Source: Rhodocyclaceae bacterium
GTDB lineage: Bacteria; Pseudomonadota; Gammaproteobacteria; Burkholderiales; Rhodocyclaceae
Reading direction: 5' to 3'
Assembly: GCA_035565355.1 (NCBI GenBank)
Contig: DATMSM010000044.1
Location: forward strand, 7,373 to 71,372
DNA length: 64,000 nucleotides
The position numbers and the translations under genes were made by a program. Under the pieces are notes generated by a model that worked only from the letters and a program-made list of their open reading frames with translations, searched no databases and was not told the origin of the DNA. The stretch's first letter is position 1; the number at the start of each line of letters is the position of its first letter. Below are positions 10,276 through 20,052 of this stretch, piece after piece.

Positions 10276-11400
10276 TCAGCGTGAACGGGGAACGGCGTAG
10301 AGCACGGACTCAAAAGAGTTGAAGTAATGCTGACGAATGTAGAACGCGTAGTCGGGGCAAAGCTCGAACAACAACTCGGGCAGGGCCCAAGGGTCCTGCG
10401 GGTTATGGTAGAGCGACATGGTCAGCACGGGGCGGCAGCGTTCGATGGTACGGCGCGCGCCGTCCAGCACCTGGGCCTCCGCCCCTTCCACATCCAACTT
10501 GATGAGATCGACCTGAATCTGCGGCAGCATCTGATCAAGCGCCACGGCAGCGATGTGGATATCGCCATGCACGCCGATCTGGCCGCCTTCGCCCTGCCCT
10601 GAACTAAAGGTCAGGATGGAATACTTGTCGGCCGCCGCCAAAGGCAGGCAGATTGCCTGCGGATGCCGCACACGGATATTGCCGGTCAGGGTATCGAAAT
10701 TACCGGGGTCGGGTTCGAGCAGGAAAGCCTGTGTGCAATGGATATCGGGCTGGCTTACCAAATCAGAAAAGGTATCGCCGGTATACGCGCCGCAATCCAC
10801 GTAAGTGATGGGCTTTTTGCTCAGCGAGTGTAAGGTGATCTCATTGAAATACTGCTTTTCCTCAGAGCAGAAGCTGGCAAATGGAAGATCCAGCCCAAGG
10901 CGGAAGGCGGCCATGCGCAACAGAATGTCGCGACTCTCCTGATCCGCTAGCCGCTCGGCCACACGTGCCATGCGCTCAAGCCCGGAAATAAGGAAGTCCC
11001 GTTTGCTTAACCAGAAGCGCCAGCCCAGTTCCTGCGAGTACGCATCATATGTATCCCAGGGCATGAGCATCTGCGAAAACCCGGCCTTGGCGGCGATTGA
11101 CACCAGCTCGTCAAAAGGCGTGGCCCGGTTGAGAATCCCGAGCGCTAACTGAGAGGCCTTGTCCTTATGCGCGAGCGTAGGCCAGTCGACCACCGGCAGA
11201 TCGGAAACGCTGCCAATCTTGGGGGCTGTCTCGACAAAACCCGCCACCTGGATGCCATTCCCCTGCATGGCCCGACACAGACTTCGGCCAAAGTTACCGG
11301 CGCCGAAAATCCAGATCGGACGTGCCGCATCAATCTGTGCTGCAGGCCTTGCCGCAGCTGCGGCCAACTGGGAGAAATTAGCGTAGGGAAGCATGTTCAT
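10276..11400 (-). CDS. FkbM-family SAM-dependent methyltransferase with an N-terminal Rossmann-like domain
   Basis: YVDCGAYTGDT and LIKLDVEGAE motifs are typical of FkbM. N-terminal IFGAGNFG. ATGA overlap with the upstream ThDP enzyme gene. Confidence 0.75.
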   Translation of the reverse strand: MNMLPYANFSQLAAAAARPAAQIDAARPIWIFGAGNFGRSLCRAMQGNGIQVAGFVETAPKIGSVSDLPVVDWPTLAHKDKASQLALGILNRATPFDELVSIAAKAGFSQMLMPWDTYDAYSQELGWRFWLSKRDFLISGLERMARVAERLADQESRDILLRMAAFRLGLDLPFASFCSEEKQYFNEITLHSLSKKPITYVDCGAYTGDTFSDLVSQPDIHCTQAFLLEPDPGNFDTLTGNIRVRHPQAICLPLAAADKYSILTFSSGQGEGGQIGVHGDIHIAAVALDQMLPQIQVDLIKLDVEGAEAQVLDGARRTIERCRPVLTMSLYHNPQDPWALPELLFELCPDYAFYIRQHYFNSFESVLYAVPRSR

Positions 11401-13223
11401 GCATGAGCCGGCGTGGCAGAGACGGCTCGGATGGCCGCCGCCTCCTCGCGGATACTGTCGAGCTCGGCTGTCTGCAGGAAGGGATGCATGTCATCAAGTT
11501 CCGGGGTGATGAACTTACCGTCTTCGCCGACGCGGGACTTGATGCGCGGCACGAACTCCTGACGGGGATCGACATGCAGATCGATCAGCAGTGGGCCATC
11601 CTGCGCGAGCAACTCATCGAACTGCGCAAAATCCGCTTCGGTAGCAATGGAAGCAGCCCTCAGCCCGTAGGCACTGGCAACTGCAGCATAGTCCGGGAAC
11701 TCCACACCGGAATCGGGGGTTGCTCCAATGACGCGGCCGAAAAAGTTTTCATGCGTCTGCCAGATGGACAGATAGCCGCTATTGTTGAGCACGATCACAA
11801 CGACGTTCAGGCCGCTTGTCTTCAGCGTCTGCAGTTCCTGAATATTCATCTGCAGGCTACCGTCGCCGGCAAAGCAAATGACTCTCCGCCCGCCGCTAGC
11901 CCGTGCAGCGACCGCTGCGCCAAGGGCCGCAGGCAAATCATAGCCCATCGAGGCCGAGCCAGAGTTGCTGAACAAGCGCTGGTCTTTTTGCAAAGTCCCG
12001 ACCTGGAAAGGCAGGATGCAGGCAGAAGCGTTACCGGAGACGACGATATCGTCGGACCGCATTTGCTTGAATATGCGCTCAACCATGAGGTATGGATTCA
12101 AAGGCGCATTCGGAATCTGGCGATGCTCGTTCGAGGCTTTGTATTTCACGCCTATCTTCTGGCACCACTGCGCCCACGGCCGATAATCGGGCAGCTTGAC
12201 GGATGCAAGTTCATTTTCGAGCACATCCAGGAAAGCGGATAGATCCGCCTCCACTGTGAAGTCGACCTTGATTGTGGGCTTGTTCAATTCCACAGGGTCG
12301 ATATCGACCTGTGCCACCCAGGCATTCTTGGCGAACGCATCCCAGTTGTAGCTGGTCTGGCGAATATTGAGTCGAGAACCGAGAACGAGAACAAAGTCGG
12401 CATTCTGCAGACAGAAGTTACCGGCACGTGTACCGATGGTACCCGGTCGCCCCGCAAAGAGCGGGTGATCGGAAGCAATCAGATCGTGGGTCCAGGCGGT
12501 GGTTAGCGGGATGCCGAGGCGCTCGATGAGCGACAGCAGGCGACCTTCCGTCTTAGACAGCCGCACCCCCGTGCCGCCCAAAATCAGGGGACGATGGCTG
12601 AGCTTTAGCTTTTCCAGAATGCTGCGGCAAGCTTGCGGCAAAGACTGTGATGCGCGAGGCTGGGGCGCTTGTGGTTTCGGAATGTCGATCTGGATGGTGG
12701 ACTGCTGAATATCCAGGGGAATGTCGAGCCACGCCGGCCCCGGACGCCCCGACGTAGCCTCGATGAATGCGCTGGGCAGAGCGGACACGAGGTCTTGCTC
12801 ATCGCGGACAAGATGCGCAAATTTACAGGCCGGGGCCGCCATCGCGATGGTCGGCCCTTCCTGATCGCCCAGCTGTCTCAGTTGAGGCAGATCGTAGAAA
12901 GACACACAGGTCTCACGCTTGATTTGCCCCGACAGAATGAGCATCGGGATGGAGTCGGTAAACGCCCCAAAAACACCGTTGAGCGCATTGATCGAGCCCG
13001 GCCCTGAGGTCAACATGACGACTGCGGGCTTACCCATAATCCGCGCATAGCCTTCGGCGGCCATCGCGCAAGCCTGCTCGTGGTGCATGAAGGTACATTG
13101 CAGCCGGGGATGCCCCCCCAACGCCTGGTTGAGAAACATGGCGCCGCCGCCGGTGACAGTAAACACCTGCTCGATGCCGCGCTCAACGAGCCAGTCGGCA
13201 ATTTGCTCCGAAATACGCTTCAT
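11397..13223 (-). CDS. Thiamine-diphosphate enzyme of the acetolactate-synthase family (YerE-like candidate)
   Basis: 608 aa. N-terminal ThDP pyrimidine-binding region (VFTVTGGGAMFLNQAL...HEQACAMAAEGYAR) and C-terminal GDGSLQMNIQELQT...NN ThDP/Mg motif. Confidence 0.85.
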   Translation of the reverse strand: MKRISEQIADWLVERGIEQVFTVTGGGAMFLNQALGGHPRLQCTFMHHEQACAMAAEGYARIMGKPAVVMLTSGPGSINALNGVFGAFTDSIPMLILSGQIKRETCVSFYDLPQLRQLGDQEGPTIAMAAPACKFAHLVRDEQDLVSALPSAFIEATSGRPGPAWLDIPLDIQQSTIQIDIPKPQAPQPRASQSLPQACRSILEKLKLSHRPLILGGTGVRLSKTEGRLLSLIERLGIPLTTAWTHDLIASDHPLFAGRPGTIGTRAGNFCLQNADFVLVLGSRLNIRQTSYNWDAFAKNAWVAQVDIDPVELNKPTIKVDFTVEADLSAFLDVLENELASVKLPDYRPWAQWCQKIGVKYKASNEHRQIPNAPLNPYLMVERIFKQMRSDDIVVSGNASACILPFQVGTLQKDQRLFSNSGSASMGYDLPAALGAAVAARASGGRRVICFAGDGSLQMNIQELQTLKTSGLNVVVIVLNNSGYLSIWQTHENFFGRVIGATPDSGVEFPDYAAVASAYGLRAASIATEADFAQFDELLAQDGPLLIDLHVDPRQEFVPRIKSRVGEDGKFITPELDDMHPFLQTAELDSIREEAAAIRAVSATPAHA

Positions 13224-14333
13224 TCAAAGTCCACGATTCAAAATAAGGCTCTTCAAAGCCACGTTTTCGCTGTACGGACCATCGATGTGATTGATCGTCA
13301 AACGCTCATCCGCCTTGATCGGCGCCTGCAGCTTTTCGCCGTTCATCACTTCCCGGCATGAGAGTTGCCCCTTATGCAGAGGCACCGCAAGGTAGAAGTC
13401 CTTCTCAAAATCATCCTTGTTGAAGACGTAGCCGACATCAAGGTCGCGACGCGCATACGCACCACGAACCAACGCGTCCAGATACTCCGTCTCCTTGCGC
13501 GTGATAACGCGCCGGCTATCGCTCACACCGCCGCACATTTCCTTGGCCTTATGAAAAGCCTTGAACCAGACGTCGCATTGTTCGGGAAGCGAACAATAAG
13601 AAGAAACCGCAACCCCTTCGTAGTTGATGTCGATATGACGCTCCCAGGTCCGTGCTCCCTTACCGTAGGAGATCAGCATGGAAGAGTGCCAATCGTGGTA
13701 TTCGTGAGTGGAAAGGCCGATTACATGATTCGGATAGCGCTTGCGCAGATAGTCGACCTGATCAAGACAGAGCTCGGAGTCCTCGCTGGGATAGAGGGAG
13801 ACGCAATGATTGATGGCCAGCGGAATATCCCGCTTCTCGAAAAAACGGACCATGTCGTCGAGATCCTTTTCCGAAGCGCCGCCTGTGGAAACAATCGTCG
13901 GCCGGCGAGTAGAGGCAATCTTTTCGATCAGCATCCAGTCATTCATGTCCGAACTCGCGATCTTGATGATCGGCATGTCGAACTCCACGCACAGGTCGAC
14001 AGAAGCCTCGTCAAACGGCGTAGACATGGGAATGCATCCGACATTCCTGACCTCTTCCACCATACGAAAAAACTCAGCCTTGGAAAGCTTAGTGTCTTCC
14101 GTTTTCTTTATATACCGCAGCTCGGTATTGCCCTTGAACTCAGGATGGACAAACTCGTCCACATCGCGGAACTGTAGCTTTATCGCGGCCTTCACATTGT
14201 TGTAGCGGACAATGGCACCATGGTCGCGAACAATCTTCAAGCCCCGTTCCAGCTTGCCCCAATGGTTATTGGCCAACTCAAGCACGAAAAGATTCTCGAA
14301 CAAATCTTTATCACGTTGACTGGTGGTGCGCAT
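13224..14333 (-). CDS. N-acetylneuraminate synthase (NeuB/SpsE) family protein with a C-terminal SAF-like domain
   Basis: The ELANNHWG motif corresponds to the NeuB (I/A)ExxxNHxG motif, followed by IKIASSDMND. Size 369 aa. No neuA or neuC partner is in the window. Confidence 0.65.
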   Translation of the reverse strand: MRTTSQRDKDLFENLFVLELANNHWGKLERGLKIVRDHGAIVRYNNVKAAIKLQFRDVDEFVHPEFKGNTELRYIKKTEDTKLSKAEFFRMVEEVRNVGCIPMSTPFDEASVDLCVEFDMPIIKIASSDMNDWMLIEKIASTRRPTIVSTGGASEKDLDDMVRFFEKRDIPLAINHCVSLYPSEDSELCLDQVDYLRKRYPNHVIGLSTHEYHDWHSSMLISYGKGARTWERHIDINYEGVAVSSYCSLPEQCDVWFKAFHKAKEMCGGVSDSRRVITRKETEYLDALVRGAYARRDLDVGYVFNKDDFEKDFYLAVPLHKGQLSCREVMNGEKLQAPIKADERLTINHIDGPYSENVALKSLILNRGL

Positions 14334-14467
14334 CCTTCCTCCAAGTATCTATTTAGTAGAAGCAACGCCAGAATCAGCTGGGGCTGGCGTTCGAAATTTA
14401 TCTGAATCAACAACGATGCGGCATCGATCCAGCCGGGTAGTCCAACCATGATCGATCTCGCACTTCG

Positions 14468-15808
14468 CTAGAAGCCCACCCCGAAGAAGGACTCCAGTTT
14501 TTCAACGGTAAAATCAAGCATTTCCCGGCTCAGTCCGGGAAAAACACCCAACCAGAAAGTCCGATTCATCACGACATCCGTATTGGTCAAGGTACCGCTC
14601 ACCCTGAAGTTCCTACCCATCATGTAAGGCTGTCTTGTCAAATTCCCCGCGAACAATAGACGAGTGCCTATCTTGTTCTGCTCAAGGAAATTGATGAGAT
14701 CGACACGATCAACACCAGCACCCTCCTTTAGCACCAACGGAAACCCGAACCAGGACGGCTCTGAGTTCGGCGTTGCCTCGGGCAGATGCAGGAATTCGGC
14801 ACAGCTTTGCAGGCGCTCCTTGAGATAGGCAAAATTGGCGCGGCGCTGAGCAATGAAATCCTTCACACGATCCATCTGCGCCAAAGCACATGCCGCCTGC
14901 ATGTCCGAGATCTTCAGGTTGTAGCCCAGATGACTATAGGTGTACTTGTGGTCATAGCCCTCAGGCAGATCCCCCAACTTCCAGCAAAACCGCTTGTTGC
15001 AAGTGTTGTCCTTGCCCGGCTGACAGTAGCAATCCCTTCCCCAGTCGCGGAAAGACTCGGCAATTGTCTTAAGTTCCGCGTTATTGGTGAATACCGCGCC
15101 ACCTTCACCCATGGTGATGTGGTGCGCAGGGTAAAAACTCAAGGTTGCAATATCACCGAACGTGCCGACCAATTCTCCGCCATAGGTCGCCCCAAGCGCA
15201 TCACAACAATCCTCGACCAACCACAGATTGTGCTTTTTGCACAACGCAGTAACCACGTCCAGGTTGAAGGGATTCCCCAGACTATGCGCCAGCATGATGG
15301 CTTTGGTCTTGGGCGAAATAGCCGCTTCGATCTTGCTGGCATCGATATTGTGAGTCGCCAAGTCAACGTCGACAAACACAGGCACTGCGCCGAATTGCAG
15401 AATGGGATTCACGGTCGTCGGGAAGCCCGCCGCGACGCCAATAACTTCGTCGCCGGGTTTGATGGCGCGCTCACCCAGCTTGGGGCTCGTCAAGGTGCTG
15501 AAGGCAACAAGATTTGCCGAAGAGCCGGAGTTGACCGTTATCACATACTTCACGCCCAGGAACTGCGCGAGACGTTCCTCAAACATCGCGTTAAAGCGCC
15601 CGGTCGTCAGCCAGCCATCCAATGATGCCTCGACCATGAGCTGTAGCTCTTTGGCGCCGATCACCTTGCCCGATACCGGTATCGGTGTTTGCCCAGGAGC
15701 AAAGGGCTTTGGCGCATAAGCGATATCAGCATATTGTTGAACCAGATCGGCGATCTGGACACGCAACTTTTCGAGTTGCGCTTGAGAAGAAACGTTGGCG
15801 CTCGTCAT
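14468..15808 (-). CDS. rfbH: CDP-6-deoxy-4-keto-hexose 3-dehydrase (E1, RfbH/DdhC type)
   Basis: DegT-fold protein in which the PLP lysine position reads [14 protein letters not shown] (His instead of Lys). A C-X57-C-X1-C-X7-C spacing (DCC...[13 protein letters not shown]) was counted in the translation. Start taken at MTSANV (15808). Confidence 0.88.
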   Translation of the reverse strand: MTSANVSSQAQLEKLRVQIADLVQQYADIAYAPKPFAPGQTPIPVSGKVIGAKELQLMVEASLDGWLTTGRFNAMFEERLAQFLGVKYVITVNSGSSANLVAFSTLTSPKLGERAIKPGDEVIGVAAGFPTTVNPILQFGAVPVFVDVDLATHNIDASKIEAAISPKTKAIMLAHSLGNPFNLDVVTALCKKHNLWLVEDCCDALGATYGGELVGTFGDIATLSFYPAHHITMGEGGAVFTNNAELKTIAESFRDWGRDCYCQPGKDNTCNKRFCWKLGDLPEGYDHKYTYSHLGYNLKISDMQAACALAQMDRVKDFIAQRRANFAYLKERLQSCAEFLHLPEATPNSEPSWFGFPLVLKEGAGVDRVDLINFLEQNKIGTRLLFAGNLTRQPYMMGRNFRVSGTLTNTDVVMNRTFWLGVFPGLSREMLDFTVEKLESFFGVGF

Positions 15809-16875
15809 AGGGACTCGGTGTATTGGGAAACTTGTTCCAGGCACAGCGCACGCATATCGTGGCCCTGCAGCCATGCACGATGCCACTCAGCAACGCGTGT
15901 CAGGGCGGTTTCCAGATTCCAGCGCGGCGACCACTGCAATCGCTGACGCGCCTTGGAAATATCCAGCTTTAAGAAGCCCGCTTCATGCGGATGCTCTCCA
16001 TTTTGCGGTATCCAAGTGGCGTTATTGCCCCACGCCGTGCACAAGCGCTCGACGATCCACTGCACCGACTGGGCGTCCTCGTCACGCGGGCCGAAATTCC
16101 AGCTCTCGGCAAAAGCCTGGCCTTGTTCATGCAGACGCTCGGCCAGTACGAGATAGCCGGAAAGTGGCTCCAACACATGCTGCCATGGGCGAACCGCATG
16201 CGGATTCCTGAGCTGCACAGACTCTTGGCGCTCCAAGGCGCACAGAATATCCGGCACCAGCCGGTCTGCCGCCCAGTCGCCGCCGCCGATGACATTGCCA
16301 GCACGCGCGGTTGCCATCGCAATCCCCGCCTCTTTCAGGAAGGAGTTGCGATAAGCGCTGCTGACCAGTTCCGCACACCCCTTGCTGCTCGAGTAGGGAT
16401 CATAGCCACCGATGGGCTCGTTTTCTCGATAGCCCCAGACCCATTCACGGTTTTCGTAGCACTTGTCGGTCGTGATATTGACGATGGCCCGCACGGAAGC
16501 GGTATGGCGCGCGGACTCCAACACATGCGCTGTTCCCATCACGTTGGTGGCATACGTTTCAAGTGGCTGCTGATATGACTGTCGGACTAAAGGCTGCGCC
16601 GCCATGTGAATCACGATTTCTGGCTGGAACTCACGGACCAAGGACTGCAGCAAAGAAAAATCGCGGATGTCTGCAATGCAGTGATCCATCCCTTCCGCCA
16701 CGTTCGCTACCCGGAACAATGCAGGCTCGGTAGGCGGCGCCAAAGCGACACCGCGTACGATAGCCCCCATGCTCTGCAACCACAGGCTAAGCCAGCTTCC
16801 CTTGAAGCCGGTGTGCCCCGTTAAAAGAACCCGCCTGCCCCGCCAGAATTGCGGACGAACTTGAGCGGAGCTCAT
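15805..16875 (-). CDS. rfbG: CDP-glucose 4,6-dehydratase
   Basis: [18 protein letters not shown] and YSSSKGCAE motifs. ATGA-type overlaps with both rfbF and rfbH. Confidence 0.9.
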   Translation of the reverse strand: MSSAQVRPQFWRGRRVLLTGHTGFKGSWLSLWLQSMGAIVRGVALAPPTEPALFRVANVAEGMDHCIADIRDFSLLQSLVREFQPEIVIHMAAQPLVRQSYQQPLETYATNVMGTAHVLESARHTASVRAIVNITTDKCYENREWVWGYRENEPIGGYDPYSSSKGCAELVSSAYRNSFLKEAGIAMATARAGNVIGGGDWAADRLVPDILCALERQESVQLRNPHAVRPWQHVLEPLSGYLVLAERLHEQGQAFAESWNFGPRDEDAQSVQWIVERLCTAWGNNATWIPQNGEHPHEAGFLKLDISKARQRLQWSPRWNLETALTRVAEWHRAWLQGHDMRALCLEQVSQYTESL

Positions 16876-17642
16876 TCCCAGACTTTCCAGGGCGCCTTGC
16901 CCGACGCCCATAGCTCTTCCAGATGACTCTTGTCGCGCAGCGTATCCATGGGCTGCCAGAAGCCATGATGCAGGTAGGCGCTCAACTGCCCCTCCCTTGC
17001 GAGCCTATCCATCGGCTCCTTCTCCCATGCCGTGTCATCGCCATCAATGTAGTCCAGCACCTTGGGCGACAGAGCGAAGAAGCCCCCATTGATCCACGCT
17101 CCATCTCCCTGAGGCTTTTCCTGAAAGCGGCTTACCTTGCCTTCGCTCAGGACTAGAGCGCCGAAGCGACCAGGGGGCTGAGTTGCCGTCAATGTCGCCA
17201 GACAACCTTTTTCCTTGTGAAAAGCCAACAGTTTGGAAATATCGACATCTCCGACTCCATCACCGTAGGTACAGCAAAAATCCTCCTCCCCGAGGTAGGG
17301 GCGCAGCCTTTTGATCCGTCCCCCTGTCATCGTGTCATCCCCGGTATCGACCAGCGTCACCCTCCAGGGCTCCGCGTTGTTGTGATGCACTTCCATCTTG
17401 TTCTTCGCCATATCGAAGGTCACGTTCGACATGTGCAGAAAATAGTTCGCGAAGTACTCCTTGATTACATAGCTCTTGTAACCCAGGCAAATAATGAACT
17501 CATTGACTCCGTGGGCGGAATAGATCTTCATGATGTGCCACAGAATGGGTTTCCCACCCACCTCCACCATGGGTTTAGGCTTCACCGAAGTTTCCTCGCT
17601 AATACGAGTCCCCAAGCCTCCCGCTAAGATCACTGCCTTCAA
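16872..17642 (-). CDS. rfbF: Glucose-1-phosphate cytidylyltransferase
   Basis: [18 protein letters not shown]...[20 protein letters not shown] is very characteristic of RfbF/DdhA. 256 aa. Confidence 0.92.
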   Translation of the reverse strand: MKAVILAGGLGTRISEETSVKPKPMVEVGGKPILWHIMKIYSAHGVNEFIICLGYKSYVIKEYFANYFLHMSNVTFDMAKNKMEVHHNNAEPWRVTLVDTGDDTMTGGRIKRLRPYLGEEDFCCTYGDGVGDVDISKLLAFHKEKGCLATLTATQPPGRFGALVLSEGKVSRFQEKPQGDGAWINGGFFALSPKVLDYIDGDDTAWEKEPMDRLAREGQLSAYLHHGFWQPMDTLRDKSHLEELWASGKAPWKVWE

Positions 17643-17757
17643 GTTACTTCTCCTTTGACACTATCCAATGCCGACGAATCGGGTTCTAAACCCGCATGCC
17701 GTTTCTCGGAGAGTGATACCCTGACGGCCTCTCCGACCGCCTCCAGCACTCCACCCA

Positions 17758-19596
17758 ATGACCAAATATCCAACAAGCCAGCACTTGATGCCATGGGCAG
17801 GGTATCTGTGTGCACTCGCCGTTCTGGAAATCACGTTCGGCAGATTTTTTTCTCCGGCACACACGGTGGGCCACGACTACGCAACTGCCATGCCAGGGCT
17901 ACTGGATGGCTACTACTGGTTCCTGAATAACGGCATCAGCACCCCACCTTGGTTCACCCCCGCCTTCTGCGCTGGTGTCCCACTTTTTTCCGATCCGCAA
18001 TCACTCTTCTACTCCCCCATACAATTCTTCGCCTTCTTCGCGGATCCGCTGAGGGCCTCCCACCTGGCCTTGCTCGCCTATTCGAGCCTAGGCTATCTGG
18101 GCATGTACCTGCTATGTCGGCAACGACTCGGGCTGTCGACCGCAGCCTCGATCTTTGCCGCCTTGCTGTGGATGCTAAACGGTTTTGTTACGCATCGCAT
18201 GATCATCGGCCATATTGGATTTCTCGGCATCAGCCTGATCCCTCTGCTCACCTACCTTCTCCTCTCGACTTCCACCTCCAAGCCAACCAAAGCCCTATGC
18301 ATAACAGGCGCCGGCATTCTCCTGGCCAGTTGGGTGCATTCCGGACTTGGTACGCTATTGATCGCCGCAGCGCTCTCCGTCTGGGGGTTAATCTGTATCG
18401 CCGTCATCCGCGGGGCGCCGGCTCGCGCAGCATACTTGAATAGCGTAGCAGCGGCGACTCTTGGACTCGGCCTCTCCGCATCCAAGCTCGCGGCGACCAT
18501 CAGCACCATGAGCAATCTGGAACGAACCATGTATCCCTTGCCCGGCTTTGCTTCTGTCGGCGACCTATTACTGGCCTCGTTCAGCACCATGATGCTGCCC
18601 AGCAGCCTGGCACAGCCTATGGCCTGGCCGCTTGTACACAATGCCAAGATCTACTTGGATATACATGAATGGACGTTAAACATTACGCCCATTCCATTCG
18701 CGCTCATCCTGCTTGCCGTACTGGTATCGCTCATTCGCAAGCAATCGCAGCCACTCGCCCGCCCTGCACCATCGGCGCTGAGCCATACACTGCTTCTACT
18801 ATTGATCCTATTCATTTCGCTGGCGGTGCAGTTTTATTCCCCTGGCTGGAATGCCTTTCTCAAGACCGCGCCTATCCTTAAATCGATTTCGACGCCGACA
18901 CGCTGGATGGTGCTCTGGCTGCCCATCGTCTGCGTAGGCGCTGCCATCTCACTCAATTACCTTTGCGCGCTGACGCGCAGAAAGGCCGCATGGCAAGCCG
19001 GTAGCTCACTGCTACTGTGCGTTGCTGTCAGCCTGCTGGTTTATACAGAACCGCGCCCCTACTACGAAAACCAGGGCTATGATCCGAACCCCGTTATCGG
19101 AGCCTTCGAACAAGCCAGTCGGCCAGGATTCAAGCCACACCTGGATAGGCTGGGGGCCTATATTGATTCAGCGGGCAATGTCATCTCTCCTCTGTACCGC
19201 AACAATCTTTTTATTGAGGGCGTATCCCAAGCCTTCTGTGCGAACCCGATTTTTGGTTATTTCCTTGAAGCCTACGATCCCAAAGACCTGGCGCCCGGCA
19301 GTCTTTTGAAGACACTTCCATCCGGCCATTTAAACGTTAAGAATCCGGCCTGCTATACCTTCCCGACCGAGAATCATTGCCGACCCGGCGACCATTTCCT
19401 GCCTCAGAATATTGAAGCCGCACAACGTTTTACCAACTACCAGCAGTGGGCGTTTGTACGCCCTGTCAAACAGAGCGTGTGTGATGGCCTCACGCTCGCG
19501 AGCGTCATACTCAGCTTGGGGATACTCCTGATTTGCGGCCCCCTTACCGTGCTGAAAAGTGCCCGATTCTGTTGCCCGCCGCAGCCCCCGAAGTGA
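17758..19596 (+). CDS. Large polytopic membrane protein, candidate GT-C-type (YfhO/Gtr-type-specific-like) glycosyltransferase
   Basis: 612 aa with at least 10 hydrophobic segments and a soluble C-terminal part. It diverges from the sugar operon that encodes GtrA and the GtrB-like GT2. The functional assignment rests on context only. Confidence 0.5.
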   Translation: MTKYPTSQHLMPWAGYLCALAVLEITFGRFFSPAHTVGHDYATAMPGLLDGYYWFLNNGISTPPWFTPAFCAGVPLFSDPQSLFYSPIQFFAFFADPLRASHLALLAYSSLGYLGMYLLCRQRLGLSTAASIFAALLWMLNGFVTHRMIIGHIGFLGISLIPLLTYLLLSTSTSKPTKALCITGAGILLASWVHSGLGTLLIAAALSVWGLICIAVIRGAPARAAYLNSVAAATLGLGLSASKLAATISTMSNLERTMYPLPGFASVGDLLLASFSTMMLPSSLAQPMAWPLVHNAKIYLDIHEWTLNITPIPFALILLAVLVSLIRKQSQPLARPAPSALSHTLLLLLILFISLAVQFYSPGWNAFLKTAPILKSISTPTRWMVLWLPIVCVGAAISLNYLCALTRRKAAWQAGSSLLLCVAVSLLVYTEPRPYYENQGYDPNPVIGAFEQASRPGFKPHLDRLGAYIDSAGNVISPLYRNNLFIEGVSQAFCANPIFGYFLEAYDPKDLAPGSLLKTLPSGHLNVKNPACYTFPTENHCRPGDHFLPQNIEAAQRFTNYQQWAFVRPVKQSVCDGLTLASVILSLGILLICGPLTVLKSARFCCPPQPPK

Positions 19597-19712
19597 CATT
19601 TTTTGTCAGCGGAGCTGTCTTTTTTGGGCACGACTCCGTGGGTAATGTGCAACATTCAGAATAACAAGCCGTAATCTAGGCACATTCGTCATGGTGTTGC
19701 CTTCAGCTTCTA

Positions 19713-19728
19713 TGGCATGCTCCTTGCT
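19713..19728 (+). promoter_or_regulatory. Sigma-54 (-24/-12) type promoter upstream of the short pilin gene
   Basis: TGGCAT-gctcc-TTGCT matches TGGCAC-N5-TTGCW with correct GG/GC spacing. It lies about 125 nt upstream of the pilin ATG. Confidence 0.55.
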
Positions 19729-19852
19729 GCATGTTGCTATAGCACAACCGCACTCAAGGGCATGGGAAGTCCAACCTGGAGCCAAGCGGTTTGCCGACAA
19801 GCTGGATGCGGATCCGCTTTTCCGACAAAACTCTTACTCTACGGAGACTTTT

Positions 19853-20035
19853 ATGGCCAAAAAAACCCAGCGGGGTTTTACTCTGATTGAGCTGATGATC
19901 GTAGTTGCCATCATCGGCATCCTGGCTGCGATTGCCATCCCGCAATTCAGCGAATACACCAGGAAGGGCGAGAACAAGGCGGCTCAGTCCGACACTCGCA
20001 ACATCCTGACGCAAGCCATCGCCAACAGCCAATAA
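19853..20035 (+). CDS. Truncated type IVa prepilin (PilA-N-like, alpha-1 helix only)
   Basis: MAKKTQRG|[24 protein letters not shown] has the class III signal with Gly-1, Phe+1 and Glu+5. The mature part is only 52 aa. A GGAG Shine-Dalgarno lies 7 nt upstream of the ATG. Confidence 0.85.
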   Translation: MAKKTQRGFTLIELMIVVAIIGILAAIAIPQFSEYTRKGENKAAQSDTRNILTQAIANSQ

Positions 20036-20052
20036 TTCCAGGAGACTCCAAT

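Noticed and set aside
14334-14467. Hairpin AACGCCAG...CTGGCGTT between rfbH and the NeuB-like gene as an operon-internal terminator
   Set aside because: No U-run follows it on the coding (minus) strand, and a strong Shine-Dalgarno for the next gene follows directly. It is more likely an mRNA processing or stability element, or fortuitous.
19691-19852. Upstream extension that would make the pilin ORF 114 aa
   Set aside because: The extension has no pilin-like features and would bury the class III signal peptide. A GGAG Shine-Dalgarno precedes the internal ATG at 19853, and the sigma-54 promoter motif lies inside the extension.
19853-20035. Possibility that the short pilin forms Geobacter-style conductive e-pili
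   Set aside because: Only 3 aromatic residues (F1, F24, Y27) occur in 52 mature residues, and the C-terminal aromatic residues of the Geobacter pilin are absent. The sequence gives no support for a conductivity claim, so only the split architecture is reported.
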